Below, piece after piece: positions 29,421-38,818 of a DNA stretch of 64,000 nucleotides. A program made the position numbers and the translations under genes. The first letter of the stretch is position 1. Each line of letters begins with the position of its first letter. The notes beneath the pieces were generated by a model, which was given only the letters and a program-made list of their open reading frames with translations, did not search any database and was not told where the DNA came from. The DNA is from a virus: positions 12,131 through 76,130 of IMG/VR virus record IMGVR_UViG_3300023179_008905; one strand, written 5' to 3'.

Positions 29421-30219
29421 TTTTACTCAAACATATCAAGGCGATCCTATCTGGAGCCCGGGGTGTGATAATAAAGATAGAGAGTTTTTAATTGATGCTT
29501 TAAGATTAAACCCTGGTAAATATGACGCTATTAATTTATTAGACTATCAGACTTTTAATTTTCATAATTTAACTGAAGAAAAAAGTAAGCAATTAGCTAA
29601 AAAAATAAAAAAAGTAATACCTAACTGTCAATTTTATGTCTATCAAAATATGACATTTGGAAGTACAATATTAAAGCATTTACAGATGTTAAGATCAAAC
29701 AATATTACAGACTTTTTATGGGTACAAGATGATGAATTTTTTATACATACAAATTTTGAAGATTTTAAAAATCTTTTAAATTATTATAGAGAAAATAAAG
29801 ATTTAATGCACATTAATTTACTCTATTCTTTTCATAATAACACTCTTACTAGCCGCTATGCTACGCTAAAAAATGTTGACCCCTGTGAAGAGATCTCTAT
29901 CACTAGCAATTTAAAGCTCTACAACACGCATACAGATCATTTAAAGAATGCCTCTAATTATAGAATGGATTTTTCTGCATTTTTATGCAATATAGATTAT
30001 TTTTTAAAATACATGTTTAGTGCTGCTTTTATTAATATTTTTGATGCATATAAATTAGAGAGCGCAATTAATGAATTTAGTACTAAGAATAATATTCAGA
30101 GATATTTTACAAATATTAATTTTTTTGAATCTTTTAATATTGTCGGTATGCCGCCGTCTTTAAATAAGAGCGACGAAGCACTTACAAGGCTAAAAAATAT
30201 TTGCTCACAAAATTCTTGA
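29404..30219 (+). CDS. putative glycosyltransferase
   Basis: FLWVQDDEFF acidic motif; last gene of the glycan island. Confidence 0.45.
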   Translation: MKKIANFTQTYQGDPIWSPGCDNKDREFLIDALRLNPGKYDAINLLDYQTFNFHNLTEEKSKQLAKKIKKVIPNCQFYVYQNMTFGSTILKHLQMLRSNNITDFLWVQDDEFFIHTNFEDFKNLLNYYRENKDLMHINLLYSFHNNTLTSRYATLKNVDPCEEISITSNLKLYNTHTDHLKNASNYRMDFSAFLCNIDYFLKYMFSAAFINIFDAYKLESAINEFSTKNNIQRYFTNINFFESFNIVGMPPSLNKSDEALTRLKNICSQNS

Positions 30220-30243
30220 TATTTAAAAATTACTTTATATAAT
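30216..30243 (+). promoter_or_regulatory. sigma70-like promoter TTGATA-N16-TATAAT
   Basis: -10 ends 6 nt before ATG 30250. Confidence 0.65.
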
Positions 30244-30249
30244 AGATTT

Positions 30250-30837
30250 ATGATTATTACGGATATTAAATGTTATGATGGCAAGCTTTTGCATTCAAGA
30301 TTTGCATATAAATTTTTTAGAGAAAAAACTCTTCCTATAGGTAATATAATTGCTTTTCGCGCTCCTATGAAGGTAGAGACGGAGGGAATGATTGATAGCG
30401 AGGATGTACTTAACAATGATTTTATTTATAGTGATGATGCGATAAACTTTTTGTGGGAAATTCCTAACCTTGATGCATTCGGAGCTGTTGCATACCAGCG
30501 CTTATTAAACACTCAGATTGCAAATATACTAAGTACAAAATATTTAAATGCGCCAATTGAGGTTGACGGTGATGATCTAATTGTTCACAAAGAACACACC
30601 CAAGGTGGTGTTACGCAGACAAAAGGTAAGTGCTCAGTAAGCATTACATATACAAAGAATAACGTAGCTCTGGGTCATACAGGAATTAATGTTACCGCAG
30701 GTAAAAAAGCCCCTGCATTTGCTTATTCTACTAATTTAACAGAAGAGCAAGCAAACTTATTTATGAGAGAAATAATAGAGTTATTTTATACTATAAATGA
30801 TGATATTTTTATTGCTACATCAAAAGTTATTAGTTAA
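30250..30837 (+). CDS. DUF366 family (biotin/lipoate ligase-like fold)
   Basis: YDGKLLH, MIDSED, AVAYQRLL, DGDDL, KCSVSI, GHTGINV. Confidence 0.75.
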   Translation: MIITDIKCYDGKLLHSRFAYKFFREKTLPIGNIIAFRAPMKVETEGMIDSEDVLNNDFIYSDDAINFLWEIPNLDAFGAVAYQRLLNTQIANILSTKYLNAPIEVDGDDLIVHKEHTQGGVTQTKGKCSVSITYTKNNVALGHTGINVTAGKKAPAFAYSTNLTEEQANLFMREIIELFYTINDDIFIATSKVIS

Positions 30838-31217
30838 TGACTATATTTGACTTTATATCAAATATTCTTTTTACTAAAAAACAAAAATTTTTAGACAATA
30901 TTGATAGTGCGTCTGAATTTTCGCCTTTTATTTTAAATAGGTGGATAAGTATGTATTCACCAGAAATAGTACCGCTATGTAATGCTATTAATCGATATTT
31001 AGGAGTTTTTGAAAATAAGACAGAATTGTATTCTTTGTTTTTTTCAGTTTTTAATAAGCAACCTTCTAAAAAAATTAATTATTTTAAAAAAAATAAAGAA
31101 CAAAAACAAGAGAACAATGATCTAGATCTTTATAAAAAAATAGCTAATTCAAAAGAACTCTCCTTTAGAGAAATAAAAGAATACGTTGAATTATATAAAG
31201 ATATAGCTAAATCTTAA
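30837..31217 (+). CDS. gp62: clamp loader small subunit, T4 gp62-like
   Basis: MTIFDFISNILFTKK...FSPFILNRWISM...NAINRY. Confidence 0.7.
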   Translation: MTIFDFISNILFTKKQKFLDNIDSASEFSPFILNRWISMYSPEIVPLCNAINRYLGVFENKTELYSLFFSVFNKQPSKKINYFKKNKEQKQENNDLDLYKKIANSKELSFREIKEYVELYKDIAKS

Positions 31218-31218
31218 T

Positions 31219-31674
31219 ATGCCTGCAGATATTGATTTGTTGCCTGTTCATAAAAGTTTAATAGATCTATCAGAATTACCAAAAAATTCCTTTAATTCAG
31301 TTTTTTATGGTTATAATCTTAAAACTGTATTAGATGATGTATTACTTGTAAAGTATGTCGATGAAACGGAAGATGGTTCCTCTATAGTGAGAAAAGGAAT
31401 AGTTATACCTATAAATGCAGATACTAAAGCTTGGCGAATTGGTGAAGTTATTTTGGCTGGGCCTAATACAAAATATGTTAAGAAAGGAGATCATGTTTGC
31501 TTTCCTAACAATTTAGGAGTACCAGTAGCAAATTTAGATATTGATGGTTATGGTAATTTAAAGAAGGGATTATTTCTTAATGAACAGCGCATTTTTGGTA
31601 TTTGCTCCATAAGAAAAGACGATGAAAGTGTCGCTACCCACATTAAAAAATCTTCTTCTAAGCAACGTAGCTGA
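31219..31674 (+). CDS. GroES/Cpn10-like co-chaperonin
   Basis: DDVLLV...KGIVIP...IGEVILAGP...VKKGDHVCF...LNEQRIFG. Confidence 0.75.
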   Translation: MPADIDLLPVHKSLIDLSELPKNSFNSVFYGYNLKTVLDDVLLVKYVDETEDGSSIVRKGIVIPINADTKAWRIGEVILAGPNTKYVKKGDHVCFPNNLGVPVANLDIDGYGNLKKGLFLNEQRIFGICSIRKDDESVATHIKKSSSKQRS

Positions 31675-31999
31675 AATTAAATTCTTGAGAAGACGTCCTA
31701 AAGCCGGCGCGCCTTCAACAAGAAGAATGCTATGTACGAACTCACTTCAACTTTTAAGCAGCCCGGAAGGAAGAATTGCTTTAAACTACCGTAGAGCAAT
31801 TAACATGCCCAGGTATAACCCGGAAGCTAAAACACTTTTAATTACATGGGATATCTTTATGCAAGACTATCGCTGTGTAAATATGTCCGCATGTGATTTA
31901 ATTAATATTATTCCTGCAAATAAATCTTTTTGGTCTTTTTTTAATCAGCGCTTAGCACTAATGTCAACAGATCAAAAAGTAAGGTTTATGAACTCATGA
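31622..31999 (+). CDS. DUF2693/WYL_2-like SH3-fold protein
   Basis: EIKFLRR...RRMLCT...LITWDIFMQDYR. Confidence 0.55.
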   Translation: MKVSLPTLKNLLLSNVAEIKFLRRRPKAGAPSTRRMLCTNSLQLLSSPEGRIALNYRRAINMPRYNPEAKTLLITWDIFMQDYRCVNMSACDLINIIPANKSFWSFFNQRLALMSTDQKVRFMNS

Positions 32000-32343
32000 C
32001 ATCTATAGAGGAAATAGAAAAAATATTCTCAACATTTTTGCAAAAAACATTAATGTTTCAACTTGAACACAAAACTCTTAAAAAAGGTAGATTATTGCTT
32101 TTTTGCGTAAAGGATTTCTTTTGTACTTTTACTTTGCTTTGCGAAGAAAAAAATAATAAAAAAATTATTTACGAAATACCCTATCCTTTTGGTATTATAG
32201 CATCTGAAAATAAATTAATTTTTGACTATACCTTAAAGCGATTTAGTAGAAATAATTCAGAGTTAGAATCTTGTGTTAAGCAAATAATGCCAGATAAACC
32301 ATCAAAGATTTTTAATAAAAAAATAACAATTACAGCACTTTAA
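31996..32343 (+). CDS. hypothetical protein
   Basis: 115-aa ORF, ATGA overlap with the previous gene. Confidence 0.65.
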   Translation: MTSIEEIEKIFSTFLQKTLMFQLEHKTLKKGRLLLFCVKDFFCTFTLLCEEKNNKKIIYEIPYPFGIIASENKLIFDYTLKRFSRNNSELESCVKQIMPDKPSKIFNKKITITAL

Positions 32344-32371
32344 TTTGCAAATTTTTAGTATATAATAAAGT

Positions 32372-34003
32372 GTGTTTAGTAGATATATTCAGCATTTTCC
32401 TAAAGAGTATAATCCAAGCACTAGTCAGGTAAAACTAATACGCGGCGTTGAAAAAGCATTTAATAGTGGAAAAAAATTTGTTATTTGTTGTGCTCCAACA
32501 GGAACAGGTAAAAGCTTTTTAGCAAAAACGCTATCCGGATTAAGTTCGTCACCTACTAGTAAATTTGTTAATAATATTGAAACCTACTCTGCTTTTAAAC
32601 AAGATTTTTCCGGTAATTACATAAATGAAATAGATTGTATATCTCAACCACCTTTTGGTACTTTTGCGCTAACGATTACCAAGTCTTTACAAGATCAATA
32701 TTTAAACCTTTTTCCTGATACCGATATATTAAAAGGCAAATCGAACTATCTTTGCGATATAGACCAAAATTTTGATGTTGAAACCGCTCCATGTGTTCTT
32801 GTTCCAAAAATAAAAGAAGATTGCTGGGAGAAAAATCGCTGCCCTTATTTTAATGCTAGAAATTCTGCAATACTTTCAAAGTTTGCAGTTTTAAATTATA
32901 AGATGTTTTTATCCTTACCGAATCATGTAAAGAGAAAAAACTTTATTATTTGTGATGAGGCATCTGAATTAGAGGATGAATTAGTAAAGCAATTTTCTGC
33001 TGAAGTAAATTATGATAGACTTCGTGCTTACGGTATAGACATATCTACCCTTTTAACAGAAAATAGAGATAAAACGCGTTCATGGCTTTATGAATTAATA
33101 TTTTTAATAAGTGAAAAGATAAATCAAACTATTAATAAAGTCAATAAAAAGCAAAGAACATTCTCACAGCCGGAAAAAATAAAAATACAATACCTTAAAA
33201 ATGTTCATAGCGCTCTTACTACTGTAGATACATTATGGCGTGACTGCGAATTTGTTATTGATAGAGATGTAAAAAAGGTTTTATTTACTCCTCTTAAAGT
33301 AAGCAAACTTACAAAATATATTTTTGATTTTGCAGATAATATTCTCTTAATGTCGGCAACTATTATTGATCATAAAAATTTTGCAAAAACGCTAGGTATA
33401 ACAGACTATGAATATGTAGAGGTGGAAAGCGGGTTTGATCCCGAAAAATCTCCCATCTATGTATCATCAAAAAATAAATTAAACTATAAAAACTTAACGC
33501 ACGTTTTACCAGCTATATGTGATCAAATTAATACTATTATCGAACATCACAAGACAGAAAAAGGTATTATACATACACATTCCCGAGATATTACAAATTT
33601 TATAAAACTTAGGTTGGGAAGTAATAAAAGATTTTTATTTCGTGATGAACAGGCTAATAATGAAAACATCTTAAAAGAACATTTTAGTACAGACGAGCCA
33701 ACTATCCTAGTATCACCTTCCCTTGCATTTGGGGTTGATCTAAAAGATCATTTAGCGCGCTTTCAAATTGTAATTAAACTTCCGTTTCCACCTCTTTCTT
33801 CAAAATATATTAAAAAGCTTTTTGAGGTAGATAAAAATTGGTATGAAAATAAAATGCTTAACGCACTAGTACAGGCGTGTGGAAGAGCAACACGAAGTAA
33901 AGATGACTTCTCTACGACATATATTTTGGATGGAAACGCTTCTAATACATTAAAGCGTGTAAAATCTAAGCTTCCAAAATACTTTATTGACCGTATATGT
34001 TAA
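32372..34003 (+). CDS. DinG/XPD-family SF2 helicase
   Basis: APTGTGKS, LKGKSNYLC, Fe-S-type Cys (PC...DC...CPYF), DEAS, MSAT, GVDL, QACGRATRSKDD. Confidence 0.9.
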   Translation: MFSRYIQHFPKEYNPSTSQVKLIRGVEKAFNSGKKFVICCAPTGTGKSFLAKTLSGLSSSPTSKFVNNIETYSAFKQDFSGNYINEIDCISQPPFGTFALTITKSLQDQYLNLFPDTDILKGKSNYLCDIDQNFDVETAPCVLVPKIKEDCWEKNRCPYFNARNSAILSKFAVLNYKMFLSLPNHVKRKNFIICDEASELEDELVKQFSAEVNYDRLRAYGIDISTLLTENRDKTRSWLYELIFLISEKINQTINKVNKKQRTFSQPEKIKIQYLKNVHSALTTVDTLWRDCEFVIDRDVKKVLFTPLKVSKLTKYIFDFADNILLMSATIIDHKNFAKTLGITDYEYVEVESGFDPEKSPIYVSSKNKLNYKNLTHVLPAICDQINTIIEHHKTEKGIIHTHSRDITNFIKLRLGSNKRFLFRDEQANNENILKEHFSTDEPTILVSPSLAFGVDLKDHLARFQIVIKLPFPPLSSKYIKKLFEVDKNWYENKMLNALVQACGRATRSKDDFSTTYILDGNASNTLKRVKSKLPKYFIDRIC

Positions 34004-34014
34004 TAAATAATTAA

Positions 34015-34824
34015 GTGAAGAATGAGACGTTTCACTTTGAGATAAAAGATCTGCTTACACAATTTGTAGCAGCTTTTGATGATATTATTATTAAAAGATT
34101 TGATAATAATAGGAGTGCACAACAAAAGGTACAAGTAAGATATGTTTATGCTCCAAAGCAAAGAGTAATATATGATTTAGTTAATAAAGCTCAAAATTTA
34201 ACTGTACCTGTAATAGCTATTAATATTAATAGCGTAAGTCGCGATGAAACTAGAGTTTTTAATAAACTTGCAGGTTTTTATGTCTCTCGAGGTCTAAGTG
34301 AAACAGACACCAAGCTAATATCACAATTTTATAGAACCCCGGTGCCTGTTAATATTCAAATTAACATGTCAATATTAACAAAATTTCAAACTGATATGGA
34401 TCAAATTATATCTAATTTTGTACCTTACAGTAATCCTTACATCATACTGTCGTGGAAAGTACCGAAAGATATTCTAGGCAATTCAGTACCTCAAGAAATT
34501 AGAAGTGAAGTTCTATGGGATGGTGGTATAACTCTTTCCTATCCTACGGATATAAATGCTAATGAAAAATATAGAATAGTCGGTGATACAGCATTTACTA
34601 TTAAGGGTTGGTTATTTCCGTATGCATCTAACCCTGCAGGCAACATTTATACTATAAATGCTAATTTCTACAATTCTAGAATAGTAACTGATTACGAATC
34701 TTTATCCGGAGATACATACATGTACCCTGTAAGTACTAATTTAATAAATGAAAAAGAATCTATACTTTTAAAAGGTAATCCTGAACTAACAGGTATAGAA
34801 TACATTAATATAGAATACATATAA
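34015..34824 (+). CDS. gp15: tail terminator/sheath stabiliser, T4 gp15-like
   Basis: QFVAAFDDIIIKR...VRYVYAPKQR...PVPVNI...DMDQIISNFVPY...FTIKGWLF. Confidence 0.8.
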   Translation: MKNETFHFEIKDLLTQFVAAFDDIIIKRFDNNRSAQQKVQVRYVYAPKQRVIYDLVNKAQNLTVPVIAININSVSRDETRVFNKLAGFYVSRGLSETDTKLISQFYRTPVPVNIQINMSILTKFQTDMDQIISNFVPYSNPYIILSWKVPKDILGNSVPQEIRSEVLWDGGITLSYPTDINANEKYRIVGDTAFTIKGWLFPYASNPAGNIYTINANFYNSRIVTDYESLSGDTYMYPVSTNLINEKESILLKGNPELTGIEYINIEYI

Positions 34825-34850
34825 TATTAGTTTAAGTTTGCTTAATGTAT

Positions 34851-34858
34851 TATAAATA
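34851..34858 (+). promoter_or_regulatory. T4-type late promoter TATAAATA
   Basis: Exact T4 late consensus upstream of the portal gene. Confidence 0.75.
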
Positions 34859-34867
34859 ATATATCAT

Positions 34868-36664
34868 ATGGCTGATCCAAATAGGGAAAGTACGTTCGGT
34901 AGAGATTTAATGAAGTTTATTTCGTCTAAGCTTCCCTACCAGTCTGTTAGTGTTCAAGATAAAATTAAAGCTTTAAATCCAAAGTATGAGGAATTCTATG
35001 ATAAAGGTACAAAACGAGATGAGGCATTATCACGTCAATCAATTTCATCATCTTTAACATTTACAGATGATTTATACGCGAATGTTGTACAGAACAAAGA
35101 CTATCATAATTTCATGTATGCCAATATACAGCCGGATAAAGGTCGTAGGTTAGTTGATTACAGAGTGATGGCTGCTTTTTCTGAAGTAGCAGACGCGCTA
35201 GATGAAATATGTGATGAGTTTATAAATGTAGATGATAACGGTAATATTGTAAAATTAAAATTTAAGTCCTCTGGTCTATCGGATGAACAGGAAGAAAAAA
35301 TAAGAAAAGAATTTCAAAAATATATAGGTTTTTTTGATCTAGAAAATAAAGGGTGGGAATACTTGAGACAGCTTCTAGTTGATGCAGAAGTATATTTTGA
35401 ACATATAGTTCATAAAAAGTATCCTCAAGAAGGTATTTTAGGTGTTGTATTAGTACCTTCAGATATTATTGATCCGGTTTTTGAAAATGTACAAAATCAA
35501 ATTGTCCGTGGATATTTACTAAGAAAAAATATTTATGACCCTAAAAACCCTGGTAAAGTAGCTAAAGTCGAGCTAGTTCCTCTCGACATTAATCAAGTAT
35601 CCTATATCAATTCAGGCATATGGAATGAGACTAAAACAATTCGGCTTCCGTTCATTGAAAATGCACGACGTGCATACAGACAACTTTCTCTTATAGAAGA
35701 TTCTATCGTAATTTATCGCTTAGTACGTGCACCAGAGCGTTTAGTATTTAACGTTGATGTGGGTAATATGCCGCCACCAAAAGCAGAAGCTTATCTAAAG
35801 AAGCTTATGCAAAATTATTGGTCTCGTAGAACATATGATGCCGATCAAGGCGCAACAGTACAAAAATTTAATCCTCAATCTATGTTGGATAGTTTTTGGT
35901 TTGCTAAAAGAACAGGTAGTACAGGAACAGAAGTACAACAATTACCTGGCGGTCAAAATTTAGGTGAGCTTACCGACTTAATGTATTTTGTACAAAAACT
36001 ATATAAGTCGCTAAAAGTACCTGTTACGCGCTTAAATGTCGAAGACGTCTTTAAGGACGGAACTGACATTCTTCGCGAAGAATTAAAATTTGCAAGGTTT
36101 ATTATTCGCTTACAACAAAGATTTGCTGCAGGTTTAAAGCCAGGTTTTATTACACATCTCAAACTTAAAAAATTCTGGGATGAATTAAAATTAAAAGAAA
36201 CAGATTTTGAGCTTGTATTTAATGTACCTACTAACTTCTATGAGTTAAGAGAAAATCAAAAGTTCCAGCTTAAAGCAGAAAACTTTAATAGCATTACTCA
36301 AAGTGATCTAGTTTCTAAGACATTTGCACAAAAGAAATATCTTGGATGGTCGGAAACAGATATGATGGCTAATAGAGAGTTTCTACGTAAGGATAGAGAA
36401 TTACTTTGGGAATTAGACCAAATTACTAATGGTGGTCCAAACTGGAGAGAGCTTGGAGCAGTTGCGCCTGGTCAAGGCGGTGGAGCGGGTGAAGCTGGTG
36501 GTGGTGGCGGAGGTGGTGGAGGTGGTTCTGCACTACCTCCTCAATTTGGCCCTGCTCCTGGGCCGGCAGGCGGAGCTACCGGTGCTGAAGGCGGAGGGCC
36601 CGCTGGCGCCGAGGGTGGTGCTGCAGGCGGTGCAGCAGCTGCTCCTGGCGCGCCAACAGCTTAA
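34868..36664 (+). CDS. gp20: portal vertex protein, T4 gp20-like
   Basis: EDSIVIYRLVRAPERLVFNVDVGNMP..KAEAY, GTEVQQLPGGQNLGE, YFVQKLYKSLKVP, ILREELKF. Confidence 0.95.
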   Translation: MADPNRESTFGRDLMKFISSKLPYQSVSVQDKIKALNPKYEEFYDKGTKRDEALSRQSISSSLTFTDDLYANVVQNKDYHNFMYANIQPDKGRRLVDYRVMAAFSEVADALDEICDEFINVDDNGNIVKLKFKSSGLSDEQEEKIRKEFQKYIGFFDLENKGWEYLRQLLVDAEVYFEHIVHKKYPQEGILGVVLVPSDIIDPVFENVQNQIVRGYLLRKNIYDPKNPGKVAKVELVPLDINQVSYINSGIWNETKTIRLPFIENARRAYRQLSLIEDSIVIYRLVRAPERLVFNVDVGNMPPPKAEAYLKKLMQNYWSRRTYDADQGATVQKFNPQSMLDSFWFAKRTGSTGTEVQQLPGGQNLGELTDLMYFVQKLYKSLKVPVTRLNVEDVFKDGTDILREELKFARFIIRLQQRFAAGLKPGFITHLKLKKFWDELKLKETDFELVFNVPTNFYELRENQKFQLKAENFNSITQSDLVSKTFAQKKYLGWSETDMMANREFLRKDRELLWELDQITNGGPNWRELGAVAPGQGGGAGEAGGGGGGGGGGSALPPQFGPAPGPAGGATGAEGGGPAGAEGGAAGGAAAAPGAPTA

Positions 36665-36680
36665 TAATATATTCTATTGA

Positions 36681-36688
36681 TATAAATA
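36681..36688 (+). promoter_or_regulatory. T4-type late promoter TATAAATA
   Basis: Exact consensus, 6 nt before ATG 36695. Confidence 0.75.
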
Positions 36689-36694
36689 ATAGAT

Positions 36695-37771
36695 ATGGAC
36701 TGTTTAGAAGTAACACCAATAACAGCGTTTCAGAGTACTAATCTAGCTAGTAAGATAGATACATTTACTAGACTTGGAGATAGAATAGTACGCGCTATGG
36801 GCGCACCTTTAATTAATTTAGAAATACATCATGATCAATTGTTTGAAAATATTTCTATTGCATGTGAGATGTTTTCAAAATTTGCCGGCTATACAGAAGA
36901 AATTTTAGTTTTTGATTCAAATCTTTACATAGATAATGTAGGTGTTAGATTAGATCAGCTCTATACAGTAACTCCTTATTTTAATAAAACTATAACTACA
37001 GCTTCAACAGTCTATGTTGCAAATAATTCATTACCTGCAAGTACATTCTCAACATCGCCTCTTCTATCTTCCGAATATAAAGATGGTATTTTTAAGAATC
37101 AAATATTAACTGAAACAAAATATCTAAGTGTTATTAATTTTGATGGTACATTAGCTATTAATTTTGCCCCTTCTAATTCTCAAGAACAGAAATTTGTTAA
37201 CAGTTTTGATTATGATATTATGGATTATAGAAAAGTTATTGATGTAATAGATTTTGAAGAGGGTACTAGTACTGGTGTTAATACTCTATTTACCATTGAG
37301 CAAACGCTTGCTCAACAAACATATTTTAGCTATGCAATGGGTAATTATGGGTTTGATTTAATAAGCTGGTACGTTTTAAAAAATTGGTTAAAAGATAGGG
37401 AAAAACTTTTAGCAATTAGACGATATATTCAATTTGATGATAGAACACAATATTTAACTATGTACCCACCTCCTAGAACACCGGGATCAGGATCAAGGTT
37501 TTATGGGGTAGTAAATTGCTATGTTGAAAGGCGTTTAAGAGATATTATAAAAGAGCCTTGGGTATATCAATATGCCCTTGCATTATCTAAGATTGCCATA
37601 GGTAATGTAAGAGGCAAGTACACCGGTACCACAATGTTTGGTGGTGGTCAAATTAATTATAATGATTTACTAACTCAAGGATTAAGAGAAAAAGAAGAGC
37701 TAGAAAAAAAGCTATTCGAAGGTGCACCCGGGTTTGGTGATGCTTCACCACCTTCTTTCTTTGTTGGATAA
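36695..37771 (+). CDS. gp13: neck protein, T4 gp13-like
   Basis: RAMGAPLINLEI..DQL, WVYQYALALSK..IGNVRGKY...FGGGQIN, PPSFFVG. Confidence 0.85.
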   Translation: MDCLEVTPITAFQSTNLASKIDTFTRLGDRIVRAMGAPLINLEIHHDQLFENISIACEMFSKFAGYTEEILVFDSNLYIDNVGVRLDQLYTVTPYFNKTITTASTVYVANNSLPASTFSTSPLLSSEYKDGIFKNQILTETKYLSVINFDGTLAINFAPSNSQEQKFVNSFDYDIMDYRKVIDVIDFEEGTSTGVNTLFTIEQTLAQQTYFSYAMGNYGFDLISWYVLKNWLKDREKLLAIRRYIQFDDRTQYLTMYPPPRTPGSGSRFYGVVNCYVERRLRDIIKEPWVYQYALALSKIAIGNVRGKYTGTTMFGGGQINYNDLLTQGLREKEELEKKLFEGAPGFGDASPPSFFVG

Positions 37772-38229
37772 TGATACCTCTAAATAGTTCTGATAAATTT
37801 AGACAAGGTATTTTTAGACCAAAAAATCTAAAAAAATATATTGGTAAGTCATTACCCGTCTATAGGTCAGGATGGGAGCTTAGATTTTTTAGATGGTGCG
37901 ATGAGAATACAAATGTATTAGAATGGGCATCTGAAGCAATAGTTATACCTTACATAAACCCCGTAGACGGTAAAGCACATAGATATTTTACTGATGGTGT
38001 TATTGCTTTAAAAGAAGGAGAAAAAATTAAAAAATATATTGTTGAAATCAAGCCCAGCTCTCAAACAGTAAAGCCTGTACCCGGAAAAAAACGTCAATCT
38101 ACTATATTATATGAAACGGCTAGATATATTCAAAACCAAGCTAAATGGACAGCAGCAAAAAAATGGTGCGATGCTAGAAGTTACTCCTTTTTAATATTGA
38201 CTGAGAAAGAGCTGGGATTAAGTAGATAG
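37771..38229 (+). CDS. gp4: head completion nuclease, T4 gp4-like
   Basis: QGIFRPKNLKKY, YRSGWE, WASE..IPY, HRYFTD, VEIKP, NQAKW.AA, ILTEKEL. Confidence 0.9.
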   Translation: MIPLNSSDKFRQGIFRPKNLKKYIGKSLPVYRSGWELRFFRWCDENTNVLEWASEAIVIPYINPVDGKAHRYFTDGVIALKEGEKIKKYIVEIKPSSQTVKPVPGKKRQSTILYETARYIQNQAKWTAAKKWCDARSYSFLILTEKELGLSR

Positions 38230-38787
38230 GTGAAGCTAAATATCGAAGAGCTTAATAATTTAGATCTCTCTAACTCTTTAAAATATGCAAACGGATCTAG
38301 CGATATAGATTACCTTGCTCCTGCAGGAAGAGCTCATTATAGATTATTAACTCATATTTCAAATACATTTAATAATAAAAAAATAATTGATATAGGCACA
38401 CACTACGGCTGGAGTGCTTTAAGCTTAAGCTCTAATAAAACAAATAAAGTTTTAACTTATGATTTAGAAAATTTTTTAAAAAATATTTCTCCTTCTATTT
38501 TAGAAATTAAAAATATTACTTTTAGACAAAAAAATATTTTAGAAGATAAAGAAGAATTAAAAAACACAGACATTATATTTCTCGACGTTGATCCACATGA
38601 TGGTATACAGGAAAAAATAATATATAATTTTTTGATTGAAAACAACTTTAATGGTATACTAATATTAGATGATATAAAGCTAAATACACGTATGATTGAA
38701 TTCTGGGATTCAATTACACATGATAAAGAAGATATTACAGAATACGGACATTATTCAGGTACAGGGTTAGTTTATTTTAATAGGTAA
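38230..38787 (+). CDS. class I SAM-dependent methyltransferase (Methyltransf_24-like)
   Basis: IIDIGTHYGWSA, IIFLDVDPHDG, GILILDDI, HYSGTGLV. Confidence 0.8.
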   Translation: MKLNIEELNNLDLSNSLKYANGSSDIDYLAPAGRAHYRLLTHISNTFNNKKIIDIGTHYGWSALSLSSNKTNKVLTYDLENFLKNISPSILEIKNITFRQKNILEDKEELKNTDIIFLDVDPHDGIQEKIIYNFLIENNFNGILILDDIKLNTRMIEFWDSITHDKEDITEYGHYSGTGLVYFNR

Positions 38788-38818
38788 AAAATAATGGTTA
38801 AATTAAATAAATAATTAT

